64,000 nucleotides of DNA from Octopus vulgaris (GCA_951406725.2 OX597817.1:22692001-22756000); one strand, 5' to 3'; numbered from the stretch's first letter, positions 37,646 to 51,540 are shown. Made by a program: numbers and translations. Notes: generated by a model not told the origin, from the letters alone.

Positions 37646-37704
<59 letters not shown>

Positions 37705-37940
37705 GTGTGTGGGGGGGTTTGTGTGTCTGTGTTTGTCCCCCTAGCATTGCTTGACAACCGATGCTGGTCTGTTTACGTCCCCGTCACCTAGCGGTTCGGC
37801 AAAAGAGACCGATAGAATAAGTACTGGGCTTACAAAGAATAAGTCCCGGGGTCGATTTGCTCGACTAAAGGCGGTGCTCCAGCATGGCCGCAGTCAAATG
37901 ACTGAAACAAGTAAAAGAGTAAAAGAGAGAGTAAAAGAGT
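37481..37940 (+). mobile_element. SINE family A, full length
   Basis: Family A head through to the (AAAGAGT)n tail. Confidence 0.93.
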
Positions 37941-38029
37941 AGGTAAATTATGATGAACAGTTGGTATGAGTTTGAAGGGTTTCGTCTGAGTAGATAAACA
38001 TCTTTCAAAACAACTATTGCATGTTGATT

Positions 38030-38237
38030 TCAAATTTCGGCACAAAGCTACCGATTTCGGGGAAGGATCTAAGCCGATTAGATCTCCTTCAGTATTCAAC
38101 TGGTACTTATTTTATCGATCCCGAAAAAATGTAAAGCTAAGTCGACCTCGATGGAACTTGAAATCAGGACGTAAGGAAATGACATGCATCTAAGTGTTGT
38201 GCCCGACATGCTAACAATTCTGCCAGCTTATCGCCAT
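38030..38237 (-). mobile_element. diverged SINE family B
   Basis: CTGGTACTTATTTTATCGATCCCGAAA...GTCGACCTCG...TTCTGCCAGCT. Confidence 0.75.
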
Positions 38238-39144
38238 TTTTAAAACAAAATATGGCAGGACATTTCGTGTGAGGATCTAAAGATTCTATCAAAGTTCCAC
38301 ATTAATATTCTATATCAAAAATGGAAAGTTCTTTTTTACATAGAAACTAAAAAAATTGAAATGTCAAACAAGGATCCAAACAACCGACAGACAGATTACC
38401 TTAACCATTTAACCATTAAGGGAAAGCAAGTGAGAGCACACATGAGAGAAAGGAATTTAATACAAACATCCATGATAACAAAGAGTCAGAAAAACTTGAA
38501 ACCCGAAACCGAAGCTGAGGATTTAACGGTCTTAGTGTTAGATAATTAAGGTTTTTGGATCAAACCTAGACTATTACAAACATGGGCAAGTTTAATTTAA
38601 TTTAGAAGGACAATGAATAATCAACAGATACATTCGTGGATGGGGTGGACGTTAATGAAGCTTATAGTCCTTAGAAACTCACGCGCATTCACACACAGAC
38701 ACATATGCACAAGCACACATAGATATAAATTAGAAGATACGTCGTGTGAAGAGAAAGGAAAATACAAGCAAATAACAAAACGTATATATGAACTTGGGAA
38801 TTGATTGACGAGCTATAAAAGGATCAAGTAAGAAAGAGTGTAAGCACAACATAATACAGAAAAGCTTATTTGATATTTCTGACAGAAATGTGAGAAATTA
38901 TACTATAAAACGGAATGCTGCAGAAAAGCAAACAATAGTGGGAAGACATTTGAGAAGATTCCAGGCACAATACTAAAGCGTAGTGGATAAAATATGAGGA
39001 AAATAATGCTGAAAAGTTTGAGGAATAAATCTTCGAAAGGAGCTTATAATGGTTGCATAGTGGGACGCTACTTGACCATCTTTTACCAATGGTTGAATAG
39101 TGTTTGATAAATTTCAGAGCGAGTTATAAACAGTAGCGGTAACA

Positions 39145-39384
39145 CATCGTGACGCTTATTTGCCATTTGAATATGGCTAACCCCTAAGGGTGGATGCTAC
39201 TGTAGTTTGTAGCCCCAGGAAGATATCTCCTCCAGCTGGCTATAGACACACTATATGTGCCTGTGCGTGCACAGATAGTGTGTCTATAGCCAGCTGGAGG
39301 AGATATCTTCCTGGGACTACAAACTACAGTAGCATCCACCCTTAGGGGTTAGCCATATTCAAATGGCAAATATGCGTCACGATG
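39145..39384. repeat. 240-bp near-perfect palindrome (116-bp arms, 8-nt spacer)
   Basis: 39145-39260 is the reverse complement of 39269-39384, with 3 mismatches by eye. Confidence 0.95.
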
Positions 39385-39749
39385 AGTAGTGTTTACTCTG
39401 TTTCTATGTTAAAGGAAATATCCCACTGTGTTTGATTATATTAAGAACCTGCTGTATTTTGAATCAGAAATGAAACGAACTGTCCTCTCAAATAATGTCT
39501 GGTTTTGTATTTACTGAAAAATTCGGGCACCTCTGACACGGGTAATTTCCGAAGTGATACGACAATATCTATAGGAAAGATATTTGTTGCCTGATAAAAA
39601 ACGAAAGGCAAAAGATTACACAAGAACACAAAATGTAATTAACAATCGATTATATGGACTTCAGGAAATCGCAGTATAAGAATGCCAAATATCTTTCATG
39701 CCATAGATTGAATATAAATGTATATGTGATGTAGTTTCACATTCGTTGA

Positions 39750-40280
39750 TTAAGCGTTTCTCCGATCTTATTGCCTCCGTGGTGTGCTAAATTGCTTCCT
39801 CTTCTGATGCAAAGCGCACCTTCACAGTTGTGTACTTTATCCCTCTTGTTATGAATGTGGTGAGTTTTTTAATACTCTTTAAACACTCTTCAATGGCCTC
39901 AATGGTCGCTATTTCTCTCTTCCTTGTTACTATCTTCATCGTCTAAAACATCACAGACCTTTTCGTTACATTGGTTGTTAGTTCCACAGGCGGCGTTAAT
40001 TTCAGTGTATCTCCATCTCTTTCCAGTAATTTCTCGCATTCCTTCATTTTCCCTGGTTGAACCTTTATTTCACGTACCTCCAGCGTTTCCGCATCTATCT
40101 ATTTTACAGTTGCAGCCGCATAACTGTGGCCTCCTGCTGGCTCTTTCTCCATTTTTCCACAATGGAAAACTAAAACAACAATTCAAAATAACAATAGTAA
40201 CAATTTGAACAGTAACAATCAATCAAACAAATATCTAACTCTATGACTTACGTCTAACAAAACAACTCAATCCTCCTGTG
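39750..40280 (-). mobile_element. Tx1-like ORF1 5' relic
   Basis: The minus frame RSVMF*TMKIVTRKREIATIEAIEECLKSIKKLTTFITRGIKYTTVKVRFASEEEA resembles the ORF1 relic at 25110-25330. Confidence 0.45.
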
Positions 40281-40499
40281 ACCTCTCCTACTTCGCTATT
40301 GGCAAAAAGAAGGATGAACTAGGCCTTATGGTGCAAATTACTAGAATATTCCATTATGAAATTTGTTTCAAATTTGATATCAGGAAGTGCATTACAGTAG
40401 AGCATAGCGTCGAAAATAGTCGTTAAATTGTTGAAATGGATCTGCTTGGCGAAGAAAAATTTAAACCCTTACTTGTAGAAGAAGCATCTCAATAAATTT

Positions 40500-40790
40500 T
40501 ATACTAGTAACTGATTTATTCAAAAGTACAGAAATAATAAAAGTCATCCAAACTGAAGGTGGTGGTATCATACAGCTAATTTCAGGGCATATCCCTAAGA
40601 AGGTGCTCAGCAGGAATTGTTGGGTGGACAAACTATGTATTAAAGGATATCGACAAGTTGGTGAGAAAGCCGCTCAAGATACATAGGAGTCAGGGCCTAC
40701 AACAGGAGGTGATCTGTTTATACCGGAAAATAACAAAATTGCTGTCTGGTACATCACACAAAGTGGAGACAAAGAGAGAGAGGGCTTGAA
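40500..40790 (+). mobile_element. R4/Dong-like non-LTR RT relic
   Basis: SSKLKG...SAGIVGWTNYVLKDIDKLVRKPLKIH, cf. the R4-clade motif SKLNG.N...YSAGII.W...EL..IDRK.RK.L. Confidence 0.55.
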
Positions 40791-41909
40791 TAAAAGCACT
40801 CTAAATGTATCGGAGGTACTGAAAATCGTAGTGCAGCCAATCGAATGATATAGACAAATGAAAGAGATTTTACCACATGACCCCAGCGGGAACTCCAGCG
40901 CCATGATCTCGAACACGCTACTTCAGTGTTTTCCCAACAAAGCTCACAGAGAAGAGGTTTTTATTAGATGGGCTTGCAAAAACCTTGCGTCAAAATTTTC
41001 GGAAATTCAAGGCAGCAACCTGATGTTGTCGTTAGCTCGCAAGATAGAATACTTATTGTCAATTCTTTTAGCTCTTTACTGGCTGAGTTCAAATTCCTCC
41101 GATGTCAGCTTTGCCTTTCATCCTTTCGGAGCTGATAAAATAAAGTTACCTTCAAGTAGCGAGGCTGATATATTCAACTACACTCTCTCCTGTTACTGAC
41201 GTTGTGCCAATATTTTAAATCCATATTATTAAAAATATGGACATAGCATAATTGCTTGCATGCTAGCATTTAAGGACAATTCTTCTAGTCATTTACGTTC
41301 TGAGCTTAAATACAGCTGAAGATACACTTGCCTTTTATACTTTTGAATTGAAGTACCGGTTAGCAATAGGGTCAGTGTAATCTAGTAACCTCTATTTCTA
41401 AAGCTGCTGTCCTTGTGCCAAAATTGGTAACGGTTATTATTTATTTAATTTTGCAGTTTTATGATGCGTTCTACTTCACTTCCACTTAGGGATTTTTCCA
41501 ACGTTAGTTGAAATTTATTGACATTTTATATGGTTTATAACATATTTAGCAGAAGTATTGAAACAATTTCTTTAAATCATTTTGTTCTTAGCGATTAGAG
41601 ACATTGTTTTTGTTTATTCTGGTTCTTTATCGTCACCGTGGATGCAAATAGTTTCTTTAAGTCTTAAAATATTCAAATATCGCCTGCTTAATACGAAAAG
41701 CAATAGCCCAATAAGAATAAAGGATAACAACTTAGTCATGTACATAAGTGCGTTGAACAAAAATTGAAACAAGAGTGGCTGTTTCAACAAAATAGTGATG
41801 AAAAAAGAAACGGTGTACAGTTGGACAGCATGTCGTGAAAAAGGTTGCTTGGCAACCTCAAATTTCTGGGTTTCGCTTTACTACGCAGCACTTGGCTAAG
41901 TACGTATAT

Positions 41910-42075
41910 TATTTTCTACTCTAGGCACAAGGCCCGAAATTTTTTGGGGAGGGGACCAGTCGATTATATCGACCCCAGTACGCAACTGGTACTTAATTTA
42001 TCGACCCCGAAAGGATGAAAGACAAAGTCAACCTCGGTGGACAAAGTCAACCTCAGAACGTAAAGACAGACAACA
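41910..42075 (-). mobile_element. SINE family B 3' part (alternative tail)
   Basis: TTTCTACTCTAGGCACAAGGCCCGAAAT...CGACCCCGAAAGGATGAAAG. Confidence 0.85.
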
Positions 42076-43092
42076 TATAAGTACGTATACTGTAATGTAG
42101 CCTTGGGTTAAGTAATGTGATGTTTATGTAAATTTTTCGTTGGGGGTGCGGACTGAAAATTGCCAGAATATATAACACGTGAATGCATACATACGTTTAA
42201 TTTTATAGGTATTAGACGTATTTGTTTTTTTCTTTTATCTTTTGCAGAATCCTATCTCTTATGTTTATCAATGCTTATATTATATTAGTTATACATGTAT
42301 ACATAGGTACATACCGTCATATATACACTCGTGTGATTGTGTGTGTTTTTAATGTGTGAGGTTTCTATACCGGTCTTTTTCGCTGTGGAATTTCTCTATC
42401 TATCTAAAGGTGACTTAATCATTCAATAAATGAAATGGAAAATTACAAAATTGTAAGAATACATGTGGATATTAATAATATCCAATCAAGATCTTGGAAG
42501 CGGTGCTCCGGCCTGGCACGAGTCTAATGACTATACAAGGGGAAAAACACTATTGATTCTGTAAGAAAAGAATTCGTTTGCAAATGCCTGCCAAAAGGCG
42601 GGAAACAATCTTGCCAGAATGGCATCTATTGTGATTATTGTTGTATCGTCTATAACTTACCAGTTAGTGGAAACTTCTTTGTGCACAATACCTATATATA
42701 TGAGGTCTGAGTAGAGAAGGCACTTAACACCAAAGATCAGTACGTGCATTAAAGGAAGAAAGAATAAATAACTAATGAGAAATATATTAACTTTTCTATG
42801 TTGTCATAATATGTATCTCAATTTATTCTCTATTTTCAAGTCAATAACTTGTAATTACTGTATAAAATTCCACTAGGATATCTCATATTTTAATTTTTTA
42901 TCTATACACGTCTTAGCATCATATGATTAAATTCCTTAATTTAAGAACGTCGTTGTTCTTCAGAGACGAACACCGCTGTCATTTTTATTTTCGGTATTTT
43001 GTTTCATATTTCCTTCGTGTTTTATAATTTCAGTCACTAAGTTTACTGTCTTGCTTTTGTTTTATCTTTCATCCTTGGAGTCTGTTAATGTT

Positions 43093-43143
<51 letters not shown>

Positions 43144-43275
43144 GTCTCTCTCTGTCTCTCTGTCTCTCTCTCTCTCTCTCTCTCCCCCTCTTTCTCTCCC
43201 TATATATTTTCTCCCTCTCTATATACTCCTCCACTCTCTCTCTCTTTCTCTCTGTTGTATTTATATATTCCGGTC

Positions 43276-43309
<34 letters not shown>

Positions 43310-43422
43310 TTCTGTAATCAGATTCCATCCTCCACTTGAATTGATTATTTTCATTTAGCTGTTATATACATGGCAAGAGAAACGATATCATAATCCTAGA
43401 AATAACAGTTTCTTACACTGAA

Positions 43423-43764
43423 GGCGCGTGGCTCAGTGGTTAGAGCGTCGAGCTTACGATCATGAGGTTGTGAGCTCGAATCCCGGACCGGGCTGCGTGT
43501 TGTGTTCTTGAGCAAGACACTTTATTTTTCACGTTGCTCAAGTTCACTCAGCTGTAGAAATGAGCTGCGACCTCACAGGTGCCAAGCTGTATCGGCCCTT
43601 GCCTTTCCCTTGGACAACATCGGTGACGTGGAGAGGGGAGGCCGGTATGCATGGGCTACTGCTGGTCTTCCATAAAACAACCTTGCTCAGACTTGTGCCT
43701 CAGATGGTAACTCTCTAGGTGCAAACCCATGGTCAGTGTCTGACCGAAGGGGTTCACCACCACC
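43423..43764 (+). mobile_element. tRNA-derived CORE-type SINE family C, full length
   Basis: A-box TGGCTCAGTGG, B-box GCTCGAATCCC and (CAC)n tail. The TSD ACACTGA lies at 43415-43421 and 43765-43771. Confidence 0.9.
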
Positions 43765-44032
43765 ACACTGATACAAGGCCATAGACATTTGTAGGAATGG
43801 TTAATAACGTAAATCAATCCCGTAACTGACTATCCCTTTACCAGCCCCGGCAACCAAATTGACATTACTGAGTACCCTAATTCATTTAATTTGATACTCT
43901 AATAATATACAAACTAATCACAATAGTAAATATAGAAATACGAGTAAACAAGGGTACCTCTACATTTAACTTAGAAGAAATACAAGTCTAATCCTTCTGA
44001 AATTAAGCTCTATCTGGTTAGAAATGTGGAGA

Positions 44033-44403
44033 GGCGCAGGAGTGGCTGTGTGGTAAGTAGCTTGCTTACTAACTACATGGTTCCGGGTTCAGTCCCACTG
44101 CGTGGCACCTTGGGCAAGTGTATTTTACTAAACCCTCGGGTCGACCAAAGCCTTGTGAGTGGATTTGGTAGACAGAAACTGAAAAGAAGCCCGTCGTATA
44201 TATGTATATATATGTATGTGCGTGTATGCTTGTGTATGCTGGAGTGTTTATGTCCCAGTCACTTAGCGGTTCGGCAAAACAGACCGATAGAATAAATAGT
44301 GGGCTTACAAAGAATAAGTCCCGGGTTCGAGTTGCTCGACTAAATTCGGTGCTCCAGTATGGCCGCAGTCAAATGACTGAAACAAGTAAAAGAGAAAGAG
44401 AGA
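44033..44403 (+). mobile_element. SINE family A
   Basis: Family A sequence with an internal deletion. Confidence 0.9.
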
Positions 44404-44649
44404 AAGGTATATTAATTAGTGTAAATTTTAGACTCTTTCTGCTTGAAAGGAATGTGGAATGGTTAATACAAGGCGGAATGGCAGTGTACATGAACGTTTA
44501 CAAGACATTTGGTGAAAGAAACGAGGAAATTATACTCAGACTGGAGTTCTGATATGTATCGTTTAATAGAGTTTATTTCTCTAATGGCACTCAAAGCCTG
44601 CTGGATGGTATTAAACTGTATGCTGGATTAAGTTTATTATTTATGGACA

Positions 44650-45056
44650 GGCGCAGGAGTGGATGTGTGGTAAGTAGCTTGCCTACCAACCACATGGTTC
44701 CGGGTTCAGTCCCACTGCGCGGCACCTTGGACAAGTGTCTTCTACTATAGCCTCGGGCCGACCAAAGCCATGTGAGTGGATTTGGTAGACGGAAACTGAA
44801 AGAAGCCCGTCGTATTTTTGCATATATATATATATATATATGTGTGCGTGTATGTTTGTGTGTCTGTGTTTGTCCCTCTAGCATGGTGTGTTTATGTCCC
44901 CGTTAATTAGCGGTTCGGCAAAAGAGACCGATAGAATAAGTACTGGGCTTACAAAAGAATAAGTCCCGGGGGTCGAATTGCTCGATTAAAGGCGGTGCTC
45001 CAGCATGGCCGCAGTCAACTGACTGAAACAAGTAAAAGAGTAAAAGAGTAAAAGAG
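44650..45056 (+). mobile_element. SINE family A
   Basis: Family A sequence. Confidence 0.92.
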
Positions 45057-46144
45057 GAGTAGGCCTTTCGATGACCCTTCACGCAATTTTCATCGACATC
45101 ATTTCATTACAAGTTTTTTGGAAGTTTCGTGGGCTAAGACGTAGCATAATTTACCATGCTCTTGGGATGGACTATATAGCTGTAGCTATCAAACGAACTT
45201 CTTAATCACTTTGCAGTGCCTGATCAAACACCTACTCAATCATGGCCGACCTGAAATTTGAGAAGTAGCAATAACATTGAAATATTACTGGGTTATAAAA
45301 GATGACATTTCGTTAAATGTGTATTGTATTGATGGAACAAGAACATTCAGCCCATCTAGAGACCAAATGAGAAGTAGATGCATAAGCACAGCACTCACAA
45401 CAATAAATTAACTCTGATTACTTTTGACTAAACATAAATGGCACCTAGCAACTGCATATGCACGCGTGCACACGCAGAAACACATACACACACCACACAC
45501 GCAGACACACAACATTCCCATACACGTGTATTTGTGTTTGCGTGTTCGCCTTTGTGTGTATGAGCGAGCGTGTGTAGTGCTTTGCTTTGTTTATTTTATT
45601 GTTGTACTGACACAGTAATAATGAAAGTTCACAGCAGTGTCAGTTAATTTTGAGTACGAAGAGTAAAAGGGAAAATACCAAACAATCATAAGCATTCCGC
45701 GAGGCGTTCAATCATTTTGTCAAATCTGTGTACTAAATATAATACAAGAATTTATAACATCCGCTTATGAACCCATAAATTTGCAATAGTACGGGTTACT
45801 AGACTCAATCAATTTCCATAGAACTATGTAAATGCTAAGCATTATCACATCACGGAAAATGCAATAAGCTATCCGAAGGTTTTACAACCAAATGTTTTGC
45901 TCGGTATCATTTGTAGTTCCACTGCGTCGAGCTTCAAATTTTCCGAAAACTAGATAAAAATATCTCATGAACATCATACAAGTTCTAAATTTTTATGACG
46001 TCCACAATATATGTGTGTGTATATGTCCATGTATATATGTATGCATGTGTGTATATATGCATGTATGTGTATCTATATAGATGTGTGTGTCTATGTGTGT
46101 GTATTATAATCCTCAAGTGTACCTAAACTGGTAACGAGTTTGTA

Positions 46145-46659
46145 TTGAGTTGTCAGGAAAGTTCGTGCCGATTTATAGTAGCTTACATTTCGACTTATTT
46201 TAGAACATTGTTGAGTCCATAAAATAGGATTTGATTAAACCGCCATTTAGAGCACAGTTTAAGCTATTTTTTCGTGGAAGAATATTTATGTTCTTATAAC
46301 CTGTGTTAATTCTGTAACCCTTTAAAATGGAAGATAAGAAAGTTCATTTTCGGCACCTGTTGCTTTGGGAACCAGACAAAAATTGCTGCAGCTCGACCGG
46401 GATGTGTTACCCCACCTCATCCTCCATATTCACCAGATATTACTCCTTCGGATTTCCACTTATTCAGGTCTCTGCAGAATGGTCTTAATAGTAAAACTTT
46501 CAATTCCTTGGATGACATAAAAAGATACCTTGATGAATTCTTTGCCATGAAACCACCTCAATTATGGGAAGAGGGTATTTTCAAGTTAAAAGAAAAGTGG
46601 AGACGCATTGACCTTTTTCTTTCTTTTAAAAATCGGCACGAACTTTCCAGAAAACCCAA
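46145..46659 (+). mobile_element. internally deleted non-autonomous mariner
   Basis: TIRs TTGAGTTGTCAGGAAAGTTCGTGCCGATTT / AAATCGGCACGAACTTTCCAGAAAACCCAA with TA flanks. MEDKKVHFRHLLLWE is joined to HPPYSPDITPSDFHLFRSLQN...WEEGIFKLKEKWRRI. Confidence 0.9.
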
Positions 46660-49270
46660 TATTTATACACATCATTGCTTAGCGCTGTCATCCTGTATCT
46701 TATTTAGGTGACAGGAGGATCATAAGACAGATCTATCTATATTCTCAGTTCGCAGTTTCCCCCTTTCCGGCCTCTGTGACTAAAGGGGAGATAACCACTA
46801 CAAAATGCAAGCGTCTACAGTCTGGTTAGCGGTCTCTGTGAGCTGACGCGGTCTATTTACACCTATTTAACTGTAATCGAGTTCAGGTTTTTATCACATT
46901 AACTATTTGAGATAATTTTGACTTTTCTATTCAGTTCTTTAATTATCTGAATCTCCTTCTCATTGAATTAATTTTCGAACACTCTGAACTTTCCATCGAC
47001 AAGCGTATTTTTCATTGAATTAACTGACAGAATCGATGTGATACATTATAACTAGTGGTGGCTTTTGAATTACAGGGAGTATCTGAGAGGCTTCTGAATA
47101 ATTCCTATCTAGCCACTTTTACCCTCAAGGCTTTACCTGAAGCTATGTTAAAAGACCTATTGAACATACAATGGAGTGGGAACAAACCCAGGTCTTTTAT
47201 AATAGCGAAATGAGCTTCTTAATCATTTGACTATACACAGTTTTTATATATAATCTACGAATACATAGGTTTTCTTTGGCTTTATATCTAGTGTGAGTAA
47301 TAACGTGTTAGTATAAGTATTCATTTAATTGGAAATCTTTCTGTGACTATTTTAGCATGACATGCTAAGAAACCCGAACCTTAAAAAGTCATGAAACTAC
47401 ATTCAAAAGACAACTAAAGCAAATACATAGTGATTCATGTTTTGTAATCAATGGCTATAGATTAAAAGAAAATACTGTTTAATATTATTTTTATTTTCAG
47501 ATGTTTATTCTTTGAGATACACAAGCAATAATTATGATGGAAATAACAATGATCATATATTATTGATAGAAAACAATCAATTTGAAAGCTATATGTTGGG
47601 GCAAAGCTTCGCAAAAGAAAATAAGAAGTAGAATATAATAATATAATGGTACTAGGAATTTATATAATTATAGTTTGTATATAAACACACACACATACTT
47701 ACACATATACACCATACCACAAACACATATATAAGCATCTGTAGTGAGAGAAAGACAGATGTGTGTGTGTGTGTGTACACTATCATTGTCTTTCGCTCTC
47801 CCTCAATTCCTCTCACTCACTTTTTCTCCCTTTCTCTCTCTTCCTTTCTCACTCTCACTATATATATATATATATATATATATACCCAAAAGCACAATAT
47901 AACAGAATTAGTTGATATAAACTCATAAATATCAAAACGTTTACACGTGTTTCACAGGTTCGCAAGTGAATACTTGTATGTTCTACGGTAATCGTTACAT
48001 AATTGCATAATCACATTGAAACTCCAGAAATTTAGAAGAAAATAATAATTTAATACAGAATTATTGACTAGCATCTCTCGGTTGGCAGTACTAATCGTAG
48101 GACACACTTATTGTAATAATTTCCTGGAATTTGAATATACACGTATTTACATGGAATTCTAAGCATTGGTTAATTTATATTTAAGGGTGACAAATGCGTA
48201 GAATATTAATATTTGTAAGAGTTTGTTATGTCTGGTATTGATTATAGCTAAGCATGTATTGTCTTGTAATGAATTCAGACATGGGCTCTGCAACCTGTAA
48301 CAATGAGGTCTATATTCCCATCGTATCGTTTGCATAGTCTAAGCTTTATGTTAGCATCTTTTACGCAGTATAGTCCAGCTAAATTCAAAATGGCTGCTTC
48401 TATTCGTCCAGAGTTATTCAACCTGTACTGAATTTCATTCTGCTTACTTCCTGTCTGTCAAGTATCACGAGTTATTTGTCATATAGCAATTTTCCTCCAT
48501 GATTTGGATTTTGTCCCTTTTGTTTATTTTGCCAACGAAGTATTTGAGATGTTTTGACATTCACCACATTATCCTAAAGGGGAAAAATATTTTATTTTTC
48601 GACATGTTTTATATTTTATGCTTTGCAATCATTGCTTACAAGTAATTAGGTATGGCTTCTTCTGGAAGAACGTGATGTGCTACCCACAAATACTTTAGCA
48701 ACGATTACGACCAGAAATATGTAGAAAGAAAATTGGGAACTTTTGTAACGAAAATCATTTTGGCACACGAAACTAAAAACAAAATATGGTGGTATATGAC
48801 AAAAGATAGGCGGTCTTTGTTCAATGAGTTAATCGAACAAAGTAATATATATCTACTACACGAAAAACACTGTGATGTTCCATATACCTTTGAAGTAGTT
48901 AGATGAAACTCAGAAAAGTATCAAACTACGTGTGTTTAATCGAGCGGACAGTATATGGAATTGTGTTCTTGGTCTTTAAGAGTCAAGAAGGAAGCAAAGA
49001 AGCGGGTGAAGTTGCTGGAGCGCACACGTGCACACAAGTTGGTAATACGATATATATATATCAACAAAAGTGAAAGATTTCAGAGGTATATTTCTGACAT
49101 TCCATGGATATGCATGTTCATATGAACCACGAAGCTTACAATGCTCTACCAGATTTATGCCCCATTGTTGATATGAACATTCACATTGGTAGTGGAAAGC
49201 AGAAAGTCATAGTCATGACTTGTGTTGATGTAAAGAGCCGTTTGATAGCTTTCCGCTAAAGATTATTACA

Positions 49271-49339
49271 AGGGTGGTTGTATACTGTCAACTTAACGTG
49301 ACAGTAAGGGACTTTGAGTTGACAGTATACAACCACTCT
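49271..49339 (+). other. 69-nt hairpin (tiny MITE relic or pre-miRNA-like)
   Basis: AGGGTGGTTGTATACTGTCAACTTAA pairs with TTGAGTTGACAGTATACAACCACTCT, forming a 26-bp stem with 2 G-U pairs. Confidence 0.75.
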
Positions 49340-50379
49340 ATCGCCCCACCACCGTACATATCTCTATGAGATATTTAGAAATTTGATATTTCTGATTATT
49401 ACAAGAGTAGTTGAACTAAGAGAAAAGCGAAAGACAGAAAAATTCATTCCAGCAATTTTGGTCGTACGTCCGAGTATAGTCAGTGCGAAAGAAACCAGCT
49501 CATCGACAATACTCTAGGCTTAGCTGAATTAGTAGAAAGTTACGAAGTTTAGAGGAATTTGTTGAAGTAAAATATCGGCAAGGGGATGCAATCGACAGCG
49601 CCAACCAACTTTTAAGTACAACTGAGCAGGGAAAGTGAGGACGGACATACATCATAGCCTTTGGTTAATTGCTTTAAATGTGGATAAATTTGACCGAAAT
49701 GAATTGGTAAATACGAGCGTTAAAATTCAGACAATGCCGAATAAGATGACTGTCAAAAGCAACTGTATGCTTTGTGTACAACCGTTAGGAAATTATTTAT
49801 GATTCTGCAGATAATCCTGGTTTTTGTAGGGTTCTGTCGAAGTTGGCTTGAGACCTCTCTGGTAACTCCACTGCAGTTGTGCATATGAACACCATTTATC
49901 CTTGTTTTCATCATCCCATTTCAGTGTAAATTCCTACTTTTTGTAAACTTAAATATCTCTTTAGCTATTGTCCTGGCAGAATTGTTAGTGTCGGACAAAA
50001 TACGTTTTAGGATATCTTACGGCTTCTTCTGAGTTGACGTAATGTTGAGGTCAGTTTTGCCTATCGTCGTTTCAGAGTCAATAAAATACTAAGGTACCAG
50101 TGAAGTACTAGAATTGATGGGTTCAATTCAGTGCCTTCTCTCGAAAGTACTGGCCTTGTATCTTTGGCAAAATCGTTAGCGCATCGGGTAAAAGGTTTAA
50201 CGGCATTGATTCCGGCTCTTCAAAATTTGTGTTCAAATTCCGTCGGGGTCGACTCTGCTTTTTATTCTTTCGGAATTGAACACTGCGGTCGATCTGATCA
50301 AATTTCAACGAACCCTGGAATCGCTGGCCTAGTACCAAAATTTGAAACCATTATTTCACTTATCATATGATAGACCGGC

Positions 50380-50920
50380 GCGTGACATCAAAGTGACGCT
50401 GGGGCAGACATATACAAAGCCTAATATACTCACCATGACTTTTCGTCCGATAAGGTACACCAGGCACAAACATCATGGTTATTTGTGCGCTACATGGTGA
50501 CCGCATACCTCGATAAACCACGTAAGACCTTGCAAGTCCTTGTTAGAAATTCCTTCAAGTCGAGCAGCCTATCGCGGTGAAAATGTTCCTAAAGAAGGGT
50601 TGTTTAAGGATGATGAATGAAATACCCATGTTTGCAGAGGTGAATTCTCAAACCCTCAACAAAATTCCTCTCAGCACAGGGTCATGATGATTCTTAAGTT
50701 CCCTGCTCATGATCAGAGAAGCAACTGATAGGGAAATATTCGGTATAGAGTTGAAGTCCATCTTTTAGCAAACTAGAATTCTAAATTACGATGGTATTTG
50801 CTGTAGTCCATCTTCAACACTAAGACAAAGCATGTCAACACTATGACAAAATATGTAAACGATTCCATTCAGTTAACATCAGAATCCATGAGCTACTGAC
50901 TAATACTTCATCAGGTCATA
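50380..50920. mobile_element. diverged copy of the 10977-11576 repeat
   Basis: Shares CATCAAA.TGAC.CTGGGG, GATAAGG..TACACCAGG, AAGGGTTGTTTAAGGATG and CAGAGGTGAATT. Confidence 0.75.
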
Positions 50921-51142
50921 CCCAATGCTTAGCATCATTATCACCACCACCACAACCACCTTAATCCTCTTCCTCCTCCTCCTCCGCATCATCATCATCG
51001 TCATCAACATCATCATCATTCTTGCTTTGAAAAATGCACAGTGCTTTTTTTCTATCCTTGGAAGGGGAATTGCAATGATATTTTAAAGGTTAAGTAGAAA
51101 TTTCACTGTTAAGAAATGCCTTCATAGTTTATAATATATATG

Positions 51143-51221
<79 letters not shown>

Positions 51222-51252
51222 ATGTATAGATAGATAGATAGATAGATAGATA

Positions 51253-51537
51253 TGTTTCTTTATTAGCCACACAGGGCTGCACACAGATAGAACAAATTAC
51301 AAGGTAGAGCTTTTCTTTTGGGGGTAAAAAAAGGGGGGTGGTCGATCAAAAGGGATCGTAAAAGGAAAGAAAGAGGACAATAAAGGGGGCAGTTTAAAAA
51401 AAAAAGAAATATAACATGTGACTTCATTGACCGAGGTTACCGTGGTCTTTTCCGTAGGCTTTTCTTTCCAAGGGTAAACCTCACCTGTCCTCCCCTTTAC
51501 ACTTCATATTGACATTTCTGTGATAACGATCCCTATT

Positions 51538-51540
<3 letters not shown>
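51253..51540 (-). mobile_element. Tx1-like 3' end with inverted 5' segment, in (GATA)n
   Basis: 51253-51380 matches 3196-3325, and 51430-51540 is the reverse complement of 2749-2863. Confidence 0.85.

Noticed and set aside
38361-38549. R4-like LKPETE motif ORF
   Set aside because: A single short motif; the expected AAQDQ and CCHC continuation is absent.
43423-43495. Functional tRNA gene (also considered for 36318-36412 and the SINE A/B heads)
   Set aside because: Acceptor stems are incomplete, there is no poly-T terminator after the cloverleaf, and each continues into a SINE body.
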